This document shows, one piece after another, positions 40,301-52,300 of a stretch of 64,000 nt of DNA. The translations under genes were made by a program, and so were the position numbers. Numbering within the stretch: the stretch's first letter is position 1; the number at the start of each line of letters is the position of its first letter. The notes under the pieces were generated by a model, which saw only the letters and a program-made list of their open reading frames with translations, was not told where the DNA came from and ran no database searches. The stretch spans positions 55,056,001 to 55,120,000 of the forward strand of contig NC_083231.1 in assembly GCF_032191835.1 (NCBI RefSeq). Direction: 5' to 3'. This DNA is from Heteronotia binoei (lineage: Eukaryota).

Positions 40301-43300
40301 GAAGCCACACTTTGAGGAGAGATAGGAGATGCCCCAGCTGGGACCCAATCTCCAAAGCAGGTATTTTATCCAGGATGAGGAGAGAAATCTGTTGTCTGGA
40401 GTTGAGTCGTGATACCATGAGATCTTTAGCCTCCACCTGGAGGTTTCCTACCTTGGGCCTGGTAGCACCTTCTGGGTGACTTAATGCCATCTGACTGACA
40501 TGACTTAAATAGGCTCCTGTTCAGCAGTGACCCCCCTATGACAGCCACTGTGAGGTGACAGTCTGGGGTCTTGCTGTGGAAGCTGACTGGGTGATTTTAG
40601 ACCACTTTCAGGTAATCTACGTCACAAGGTTGTTATGCTGATCAAAAGGGGGAGAGAAAATTGATGTAAGTTGCTTTGGTTGCCACTGCAGAGAAAGACT
40701 ACCTTTTTCTTATGTGGAAGCTGCAGGGAGGGAGGAGATAGAAAGCTGAAGTCAGAGGGGCAGATAAGGGTAGGTTATTGGTTATAGCTGTCTTCTCAAC
40801 ATACCTTGCCTCCCTCTATCTTTCCCTTCTCTCCCTGCCTGCCCCTGCCAAAGCCATGACACTCACCCACAGCAAATTTCTAGTACCTGTTATATTTGTC
40901 CCCACAACAACATTACTAGTAGTCTATAAGTCATTTGAGATTGCTGATTTGATTCACTGTACTTTTCATGGAAAAAAAACTATTAAGACATAAATGATGA
41001 TCACTCTGGTAGAATGACTGGTAACTTCCCTTTAATTCTCCAATTTAGTTTGCGATTTTTTTATATATAGTATTAAACCTCAACAAAATTACAAATATTC
41101 AAGTGAAGAGGGTTTAAATGTTCTAAATATATTTGTGGAAAATGCATTGTAATATAAAGTATGTCTTTTCAAAAGTTCTCATATAAACTATCCACAGTCT
41201 AGATTTTATTAGTAAAGTTTCTGTGTGCTAAGTGAATACCATCTGATTGCTGAAAAGTTTAAAAACATAACTTCCTTTTGGATCTGGAAACAGATTATAC
41301 TGCTTAGTTAAACCTCAAGTATGTTTTTTAATAATCAATTATTGTATTGACATGACTGTCTTATTTAATCAAGCACACATTTGGAAACATTTACCTAAGA
41401 TGTTTTCAGCAACTGTGTTGCTAATTGAAAAGAATCAAGATATCCACATGCTGGAAAACTTTATTATCTAATACATCATACCCATTTTTAATCTCCAAGG
41501 TACCTCAGGGTAAAATATGTGGTTCTCCCTTCCCCATTTTATCCTCATAAAATCTATGAGTAGGCTGAGAGCATGTGACTGGCTGAGTGGAGATTTGGAC
41601 TCAAGTCTCCCAAATCCTAGCCTAGCACACTAATTGCTACATAATATAAATAGAGCCCTGCTGGATCAGGCCAATAGTCCATCTAGTCCAGCATCCTGTC
41701 TTACAGGGTGACCAACCAGTTCCTCTGGATGGCCAACAACAAGACATAGAGGCCAGTGTGCATCACCAACGTTGAACATAATTTGCCATATTGTCACCCA
41801 GTCAGCCTTGGTTTTCACCATCCTGAATAATTCTGTGTCCTTTGCAAACTTGGCCACTACACTATTCTGACTCTCACTGTGTTGGCAGAATAAGGTATAA
41901 ATTTCACTTCATTCATAACTACCAAAGGATTTCTTCATCTTCGGTTGTTTTATTATTCTTTTAAATTATTTTGAGATATGATAGGAGAAACCTAGGGTTG
42001 CCAGTTCCAACTCAGGAAATATCTGGGGACTTTTGGGATGGAGCCAAGTTGTGATAAACATGATTGGAGTTCTGGCCACCACATTTAAAGGGACTGCGTT
42101 CCTTTTAAATGCCTTCCCTCCATTCCTTCTTTTGGGGCTCATAGAATTGGACCCCCCAATCTTTTTGAAACTTGGGGAGAGGGATTGAGGAGAGGCAGCA
42201 GATGATCTGCTGAAAATTTGATGCCTCTACCTAAAAAAAGAGTCCCCCCTGAGCCCCAGACACTCACGAATTGATTCTCCATTATATCCTATGGGAACCT
42301 ATCTCCATAGTGTATAATGGAGTGCCCAGCAGATATTTCTTCTGCCCACACACCCTGCTTTTAGATAACCTGAAGCAGGTGGAGGGTCTCCAAACCAGGG
42401 GATCTCCTGCACCAACTGGGGATTGGCAACCCTAAAGTTTCTGAGTGTTCATTGTTTTTGATGAAATGCTTTCAGCCTGGAACTAGACCAGCAATCCATA
42501 TTCCCCTTTATCAATATCCCTTCTTACTCTGCTGTCTCAGTACCATTTAAGTGTAAGAAGTATAACCAGAGTACCAGCAGCTACACTATGAGAAAGTTAC
42601 TCCATCCCTGGCTGTTGTCTAGGAATTCTTTGCATTGATGCACCTGTACTCTCATATCATCATATGAATGGGTTTTTAAAAATTCAGAAAGGGAAAGACA
42701 GCCATTGCAGTTTTAAGTTGTCAGCACATTGTAGTAACAACTCTTAGGACTCTTAAAGTCAACTGGGGCAGTTCTTCATGGTTTACCTACGAGCTGGAAT
42801 TCTAAACCATGGTTCATTTCCTAGTATAGAATCACAGTTTGTAGGAAAGAGACAGTATGGAGGTATACTGGACAAAATGGAGGTATACTGGAGACTTACA
42901 GAATTAAAACACCTTCCATTTGTATTGGGAAGAGGCAGAGAGAGCTTTAATTACATTCAGGTTCATTACCAGTGGACAGTTGTTTGTGATGTCTGAATGC
43001 ATGGCTAGTTTTCTATGTGGAGAGATTTTATTGGTATAAAGTATGTCACACACATACCCCGTGAAATTAGGCCTGCCAATCCCCAGGTCCCAGCGGGGTT
43101 TCTTCCGCTTTCCCAGGCTCCTTCCCGCCCCGAGTCAGCTGGCCGGCGGGGGGAAGCCCCGCCCCCAGAGGACCATGTGCCTTTCTACCTCTGGAGGCTT
43201 CAGGCTCCGATTGAAAGGCTTCCTCTTGGAATGGGGTGTCTGTGTTACTTTGAAGAAGTTGGCAGCAACTCGTGAGTAGAGAGGCTAATCCCTCGCTTTG

Positions 43301-46300
43301 GAGTTGCCAGAAACGGGGAGGGGGGGAGGGGGAGAGGGAGGGAAATGTCTGCTGAGCACTTCATTATTCCCTAAGTGGAGATCGATTCTCATAGGGTATA
43401 ATGGGGAATTGATCTGGAGGTTTCGGGGGCTCTGGGGGAGCTGTTTTTTGAGGTAGAGGCACCAAATTTTCAGTATAGTATCTAGTGTCTCTTCCCAAAG
43501 TACCCCCCAAGCTTCAAAACGATTGGACCAGGGGGTCCAATTTTATGAGCCCCAAAAGAAGGTGCCCCTATCCTTCATTATTTCCTATGGAAGGAAGACA
43601 TTTTAAAAGGTGTGCTGTCCCTTTAAATGTGATGGCCAGAACTCCCTTGGAGTTCAATTATGCTTGTCACACCCTTGTTCCTGGCTCCACCCTCAAAGTC
43701 TCCTGGCTCCACCCCCAAAGTCCCCAGATATTTCTTGAATTGGACTTGGCAACCCTACGTGAAATGTGTCACACACACACTCACACACACCGTGAAATAT
43801 GGATTTCTGCCAATTAACCTCCATTTACTTCATTTTTCCACTTCCTTCCCCAGTGCATTCTTAGAATTGTAGTCAGACTGGTGCTTGCACAGGGGTCTAC
43901 CTTTACCGTTTTTTTCTGAAGTACTAGGTTTGAGTCCAGTAGCAGTGGAGACCAACAGGATTTTCAGGGTATAAGCTTTTGAGAGTCAAAGGCACACTTT
44001 GTCAGATATGAATTGTAATTTCCAAAACATTTGACATTAAGAAGTGCAGTTCCCAGAATGCTCTGGGGAGGCAAAGAGAGAGCACCTGATGTATTCGCGC
44101 AATGTAGCTTCAAGAATACCTGCCATTAATTCCAGCTGTTAGGGGAACTTTAATTCCCTGAGTGAACTGAAGGGAACCAGGTAGAATTTGAGGAATAAAG
44201 GAAGATGGAGAAGGCACTTCAGGAATTTTTCTCTCCTTTAGGCTGCCTCATGCTGCCACTGCATAATTTCCCATTAGTAGGATATATAAAGTTGAGTTTG
44301 TCAAAGAGATGAGGGGAGAATTTTTCTCTGGCTCAATTCCATCCAGGTCAGAAAGGTACTTGGCAGCTAGGAAGCTTGCCTTATACTCTAGCCAAAGTAG
44401 TACATACTTTGATACCATTTTCTAGATCTTGTGGCTAAGAAGGAAGCAGTCATAAGGCTATAAACTCCAGAGTCTAAACTTAATGTTTGGAAGTTAAGGA
44501 GATGGCAGAAGAACTGAGGTTAGTAGCTATACATCAGTGATTGTGCAGAATTATTCCACTCTAAGTCAGTTGGTTTCATTGGAGTTGGACTGGAGTAACT
44601 GTATGGAATCACACATGCTGATGCTAGCTATACAACTTTGATGCTATGGTGCTAACCAACAAGACTTTGCAAGTTCATAGATTAAGAAAATTGACAGTGC
44701 TAATGAATTAATTTATTGAAATGCACCTACCAACATGGAGACCTCTGGAGTAAACTCATTACGTTGATAAAGGTGGAGACAAAATGAAGGCTACTGGGGT
44801 AGTAACGATTCAGGAAGGTAAGAGTATGCCATCAGCCATCATCTAAAGCTCTTGCAGCAGCTGATCTTTGGCTGCTGTGCTTCTTGCTTTAGTCTAATAG
44901 GGAACAGATGTTCTCCCACTCTTGCATAGATTGTTTTTTTGCCAGATTGCCATTATGGTTTTAATTTATGCACACTGATTTGGAGTGTGATCAGTGTGAG
45001 GAAATGAATTCTAGATTTACAGTTTTGTTGGTTTACTATGCAAAAAGTAGCACCATGTTTCTTAACATTTAACTACCTTTGTGGGGGGGTTTGTTTCATT
45101 AAAATATATAGGTGTAATCACAGTAGAGAAACCAGAATTTCTTGACTATGAAGTCAGGCAAAAGTTACATTTTACAATCGTAGCTGACAATGGCCTGAGC
45201 TCAGTGCTGTGTGGAATGACAGTATTGATAGAAGACATGAATGATAATGCACCTCAATTTCAACAAAGCTGTTTCACAGCATCAGTGTGGGAAGGCCAAC
45301 TCTACAGCACATACATCATGCAGGTAACTTCAAATATGTGTTTAAACTATGTTTTTCCAGTTAGGGATAGTCATACTTTATTTGGACATTTTCATGAACT
45401 TGATCTATTTGAAAAAAAAAAGAAAATAGAAAAACATTACATTGAGGACTACTTAGTCCAGTGGTTTCTATCTAGAGGCTAAATTCAAATCCTGTGTTTT
45501 TAATTAATATTTTAGTGCGCTATAAATAAATTGACATATTTTGTTTAATCCATTTTAACGTTGTTCTATTTCCAACTTTGTGGTACCCAATTCAGTTGTT
45601 ATGTTATGTATTCCCAGTTTTTGTTGTATTCCTTTTGCATGCAAATTGGGAGGGATGGTGGCTCAGTGGTAGAGCATCTGCTTGGGAAGCAGAAGGTCCC
45701 AGGTTCAATCCCTGGCATCTCCAAAAAAGGGTCCAGGCAAATAGGTGTGAAAAACCTCAGCTTGAGACCCTGGAGAGCCGCTGTCAGTCTGAGAAGACAA
45801 TACTGACTTTGATGGACCAAGTGTCTGATTCAGTATAAGGCAGCTTCATATGTTCAAATTCAAATCTGGGAGCTCTCTATGTGCCATAAGATAAGCTGCT
45901 AAATGGGCTACCACAACAGCCTTTGGTCAAGTACAAACTGTAATACAGACAGAGTATATCAGTTGGTAATTCAGTAGCCCATTTATGTTCCAGAATGTAA
46001 ATTTCACCATTTTAGGATAAGCATGAATTTTGTTCCCATTCAGATCTATGCAACAGACCCTGACAGTGGAATAAATGGAGAACTTAAATATTCAATTTTT
46101 TCTGGCAACACAAATGAAGCATTTCTCATTGATTCAGCACAAGGAATTATATCAGCCAACATAGTCCTTGATCGGGAAGGCATTTCATCATACAGGTTTG
46201 TTTATAATCAATACATCTAATTCTTGGCATGGCCTTGAGGCCATGAACAGACCAGACAGATCTTTCTACAAATCTGAGGAAAGCCTCTGGCTTGCAGAAA

Positions 46301-49300
46301 TATCTGTAATCTTAAAATAATACACTGGGGAAGTTAACCCAACCCCTCAAATAAAAGAAGCAGTTCCCATAGCTTTAAGAAACAAATGCCCTCTGTTGTC
46401 ATTGGCAGTCAACAACAACAACAGTTTTGCCAGTGTTCAGGTCTTGGTTTTTGTCAGTAAAAGGTGAGCAGAGGAAGAAGGGCCAGGCTTGGCAGCAACA
46501 ACTGAGCAACTTGTATGACCCACCCAGGCCTGGCTGCTTGCTGCTCTTCAACAGCAGCTGACCCATGAAAACCAGTGTGGTGTAGTGTTCAAAGTTTCAG
46601 ATTAGGTTGTGGGGGGCTCAGATTCCATTCACTGCTCTGCTGTGGAAATTCATGGATGACTTGGGGACAGACACATATTCTCAACCCAGTCTACTTAATG
46701 GGGTTGTTATGAAAATAAAGCTGTTTTGGGTGCCTGTTGTGGACATAAAGCTGTTTTGGGTGCCCATTGTGTGGGAAGACAGCAGGAAAAAGGTAGAGGA
46801 TATGGGGGCTGCCAGGAGGAGGAAAAGAGGGAATAGTGCAGGGAGCGGGTTAAAGAAGAAAGTGAGATTCCCACCCCCACAACAAGTTGTAGATTCCCCT
46901 CTGCACAACTAGGACCAGCTCAGCAGTTTTCCCGAGCCACACAGCAGCAGTGTTGAATGGCTATTTAAAAAAAAATAAAGCAGAGTCTGAGATCAGAACA
47001 CAGCTGCAGAGTGAAGGAATGGCACCTGGCTGCCCTTCAGTTGTTTTTCATGCTGAAACAGCATGAGGAACAGTGATTTTCCTTTTTTTGCTGCTATAAT
47101 GAGGGAATACCCCCCACATGCTGTTTTGGTACAGAAGATGGCTAGGGAAAGACAGGAGCCTTTCCTCCCCACCTGGTGGTATTCAGGATCCAACTCTTTA
47201 AAAAATACTGTCTGATTTGGCCCTTACCCCTCCAGTTTTGTGAAGCCAAAGGAAATTTAGACCAAGCAGGCCCATCTGAATCTTTCCACCATAATTACTT
47301 TGTTTTCATTTTCCACTTCACATACTCTTTTAGGTTTAGGCATCCCACAATGTTAATATTTTTAAATTTTTCATCTGCAGTGACTTGTTTAAAACTTCAC
47401 AGTTTCCCTCCAAAACACCAAGACTTGGAGATGTATCTATGAGAGAGTGAGTGTGCACACATGTGCATATGTGTCAAGGTTTTTCCCATTCCAGAGTATC
47501 CCTGTCCTTCCCAAACAAGCTGAAGATAATTTATCTGCACTATGTTCAGTGGCTCCACACTTGTCCAGTGCTTTTTTGTAGTTACTTGCAAATTAAGCTT
47601 TCCCAGGAATTCCCATGGAGCATGATACTTGCCCCTAGCTGCCAGGATTCCAGTCAGAAGGGGTTCCAAAATCCATCACTAAGGAAGAGGGAAGACCATG
47701 CTGTAACCCTAGGAAAGTGGCAAAAGATGTTTTATAAATGGCTGTTGAAACAATTTGGCAAAATGATTTTTTTTAAAATTGACACTTCTGTAGTTGTTTA
47801 TTTTGTATGTATCACTGTAGACTACAGTATAAAACCAAACCATGCTTTGGTATACAGGCAAGCTTGAGATTTGTATGTCAAGTCATCCCATAATGTACTA
47901 CAATCCTCACCTCCCACTTTCTGTTTTGCAGCAATTGATCATTAAATCCGGCATTCTATTGGATTGATTCATGGTTCCCAAACCAGGAGTTCAGGAAAAT
48001 ATACCTCCTATGAACCGTTATGGAGGTTCATGAAGTTTGAGGTGGGTTCGTGTGGGCTCTGAAGGCATTTAAATACCTATAAAGGCCTTCAGAGCTCACT
48101 CGGAATTCAGTCAGGCTGGCCTGACCCAGCAGTGGGCTCCGAGAGCATTTAAACGCCTCCAGAGCTCACTCAGGATGAGGCTGAACTTCTGAACCTGACA
48201 AACCGTGAACCTTCAACAAATCTCCATTTTCCTGGTTTATACCCTTCCCTACTGGAAATCATGGAGCTTTAGTTAAGTGAAGAACAACAAACCACAGTTT
48301 CCTGGTTTAGGTATAATAGCTGGCTGTGGGTTAGATCCTTTGGAGTGTAAGCAGCAAATATCTTTATGTGCTCCATAAAGCCATGCAACTTAGCAGTGGG
48401 TGCTGCGGTTAGGAGGAAGAACTGGGAGATATAAGTCTCAGACTGATTCCTCAGTAGCAGTTGCTCCACACGTGGGCTTCTGCTTGAGCCAGCTCAAGTG
48501 ATCAGTTCCCCATCATTTGCTGCACAGGTGCCTTTTAATCTGCGGCTACCTCCCATTCGCCTTGCAGCCACCAGATCTGTTTTTTTGGCAATGCGGTCAC
48601 CGCAAGGGAGATGGGAGGTAGCCATGGATCAAAAGGCTCCCTCACAGCAACTGGTGGGGAATTGATCACTTGAGCTGGCTCAAGCAGAAACCTGGAGGCA
48701 GAGCAATTGCTGGTGATGAATCACTTTCTGTCTTTCTCTCCCACCAATGCCACTTCTCCATTGGCACAAGGACAACATGGAGATTTTACTGGACTTCACC
48801 TCCTCACTCCATCTCCCCAGGCTGTGTGGTTTTTTTAAATTGATAACCACCAGGTTTTGGGAGGTCTCAGAGGGTTTGTGAAGGAATGGGGAAGCAGAGA
48901 AGATCAGTAATCAGAAGCACATTCTTCTTGTACTTCATGGGCTCCAAAAGTATTGTTTACCTGTAGAAGGAAGATATCTGCTGAAATCAGGAGAACTGTC
49001 TCCACACAGAGGGGCATCAGAGTTTTTTCTTTACCTACCACAGAGGTTTGTCCTCTCACCTGAATTTTTAGTACCCAAAATGCTGTTTATGAAATTTGAG
49101 GATCCCTACAGAATGCCTTTTCATTCAGTATTTGGTCTCAGGTACATCCAGTGCTGCGATGAATATGAGAATTGTTGCATCCTGGCCATACTTTCAACTT
49201 TTTTGAACAGGACTTCAGAATTGTTTCATTTAATTATCCTTGTTGCAAACTGCATGTACAGAAATATACAAGTGGGTGGCCTGTGACACTTGTGGGTGGA

Positions 49301-52300
49301 GAATTCCTTCTTCCCTTATTGTGTTCCAGGCTCCACCACCCATCTTAAGCCTGGCATTGACAACAACATTGAATTATTATTTTTAAATGGTTCCTTGACT
49401 ACTCAATCAGTAGACTATTACATTTAAAGTAACAACCATTCACAATAGAGGATTCACTTTTTCAAAACTTAAATTAACTGTTATTTCACCTCAGCAGTAT
49501 ACTGGTCTGAAATGTTAAGGCCCTTAAAATAGGGGCTTCAGAGGGGAAGTGCTGACAGAAGTTTAATTTAAATGTCTTGGTTGAGATGTTTTTATGGCGT
49601 TTTCTTTTTCACTGAAACCTAAGGAACCGATTATTTTAGTAAATATTTCCATATGTACCTTACTGATATACATTCTAGACAAAATATGAAATTATGTGTG
49701 TTTACAAACTCAAATGCAAGTCTGTAATTCAAGTAATATGTTCTGACAATTTTTGAGCCACAAAAACTTAGAGCAGAACTGGTGTGGTAGATGAATGGCA
49801 GTGGATTCTGTAGATTAAATTTCAGTTTATTGTGCCCAGCTCTCTTGTGCAAATAATAATAATGCCATTTGTCACTTTTGAAAGGAAGTTGCTGTGTCAA
49901 ATATGAAGAAGATGAATTCTGCGTATTGGTTTAATAAGTGTATATTCTGGCATCCCAAGTTTTGAAGTAAATTATAATGAAATTCATAATAAAAGACAGG
50001 CTTCTAAAGGCAAAGGAAAAATACCGCTTATTAATTTAAACCTGTTTACAGTATGTAAAACATCCAACATCCATGAAGTATCAGTGTCAGTCCCTAGTCT
50101 TGCTCTCCCTGCCACCCTTTTTATCAGTTTATGGTTCACAAACTCTGTCTTTTCCCAGAACTATATTCATGATGATGAATTAATATTATTGGTATTTATC
50201 TTGACATTCTGAAGCAATTTAATTGGATTGCTTTATTCTTTTATGTGTAACTTTGCAAAAAGCATTCTTAACAGATCCAGAGTGCTTTTCTTTAAAGAGA
50301 GGTAACTGTTTACTGTTCACAGCCAGGCAGGCATTCCAATCCAGTGATCATCCAGACTCTCTGTCCACATCTTAATGCAGAGATTGGACGCATGTCCACA
50401 TCAGACTACTATGGGTATTACTAATCGAAAACTCACTTTGGAGTGTGGATAATTCTGGAGTGAGTCCATTGAATATTTCTTAAAGGTGACAAGAGTGCAA
50501 TACCTGTAGCTGTTTTGTATAAAAAATATTAAGCATTTTGAGAATATTGATAAAAGAACAATAGGGCAAGATCCATTTTAGCAGAACAATGCTCGTGAAA
50601 CAAGTGTTCCTGCCTCTCCCCTTCAAGGCTGTCCTGAGCCTCTTTTACCCCCAAAAATCATGTTCTTGAGGAGAGGAAAGTTTGCAGAGAGAGGAGATGA
50701 TTTCCCTTCCTCTTTTCCCATGGGAGAAAATGTGTTCTGTTAGTGAAAAACATAGCTAGGATCCACCCTACAGAAATATATAGATATTTTATTTCTGGAA
50801 GATGTTAACATGATGACCTTGTTGTGGCTAATTTTTAATAGGTTGGTTTTACAAGCTGCTGATGGGGGAGCTCCCAGGCTATCAGCTACGAGCACAATAG
50901 AAATACAAGTAGTGGATGTCAATGATAATGTTCCAACTCTCCAGCCACTAGGCACAGTGGAACTCCCTGAAAGTAAGTGGGGTGACTGCTAGGCTGTAAT
51001 ATACATTTTTGAAATGGCAATGGCTGTTCAAAAGTAGTACTTAATTGGGCATTACATGCAGAGAATGCTTCATTTTCTGGTGTTTGTTTTTGTAGCCTTT
51101 CCAGACCCATGGAAAGATTGTACACTGGGTCACAGAACCAGATGGAGGAATAGCCACAGAAGTCGGGGGCAGGGTAGCTGAAATAGTTCCTTCTTCTTCC
51201 ACAAGGGCAGTTCCACTGAGGATAGGGGAAGCGGTCTCTCCTCATCCCCTTGTTCTTCCTCATTCCAGTTTACTGCCTCACATACCTCTTCCTCTGTATA
51301 GCTCCTACAACGCCAAGATTAATAATTGGGGGGTGGGGGGAGGGCTGAAAGAACTTCTGGAAAGGAGAGAGAGAAACATAAGAAAATGTCATAGATACTG
51401 CCCATTAAATGCTTAATATTCTTGTGGTATATTTATGCTAACTGTTTATAGAAGCCTTTGAAGTCACAAGTATTGGTTAAAATATACTGCTACAAGAGTC
51501 AGATGTCAAACGCCTGAGATTTAGTTTTTGTTTCCATTTTGGGAAAATAAATGCAATTCATAAGCCAGTACTCCCTTATTAAATGTTGCTATTCTGGTTT
51601 TGTTTACAGAAGTAACACTGATGTTATGAAAATAAAATAACGATAAGGAATCCACTGAAGACAGTAGAACTAAATAGGGATGCTAGAGATCTTCTTCGTG
51701 GTCTCTGTGCAGTCCCACACATGGGTCTTGCCGCAGGCAACGGATCCATTCCTCGGAGCTCCAATAGCTCGTTTATAACGTCTTTTGGCGCGCTTTCCTC
51801 CCGCTCTGGGGAGCAGGCAGCGACCGCGCATGCCTGGAGCGGGGGGAGAGCGCCCCTTCCACTCAGTTTCTTTCCTACCGCCGCCCGGACAACACCTCCC
51901 TCGCTGCGTTCCTCCTTAGCTCGTCTGTTACTTCATCCGCTTCTTTCCTCCTTCACTGGTATCGTATTTCTATCTCTTATATCTTCTCTTTCGTCCCAAA
52001 AAAAAAAACAAAAAAAAAACAAAAAAAAAACCCCGTTCTGCGCTTTCTTTCCCCTTTTCTCCCTTCCCCCCCCTCCCTTGTCCGGGGCGCATGGAAGGGA
52101 AAGTTACCTTCAAAAAGTGCACGCGCTGTGGGACCAAAATCCCTACTACAGACGGCCACAGCCACTGCCTTTTTTGCTTGGGGGAATCTCACCGAGTCGA
52201 CTCCTGCCCTCATTGTGCGAATTTCGGAAAGCAGGCCCGAAAAAACCGCGCGGCAAGGCTCCGGAGTTTCCTGATCGAGTTGTCCTTAAGGGCTATGCCC

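Noticed and set aside
42434-42446. Shared flank tttctgag after two TAGGGTTGCC elements as a target preference
   Set aside because: Offset by 3 nt and absent on the left side of the 41993 copy; likely coincidence
45648-45722. tRNA gene (also 14400, 14510, 29623, 6233)
   Set aside because: A and B boxes are present but there is no clean cloverleaf, and each continues into a shared SINE body
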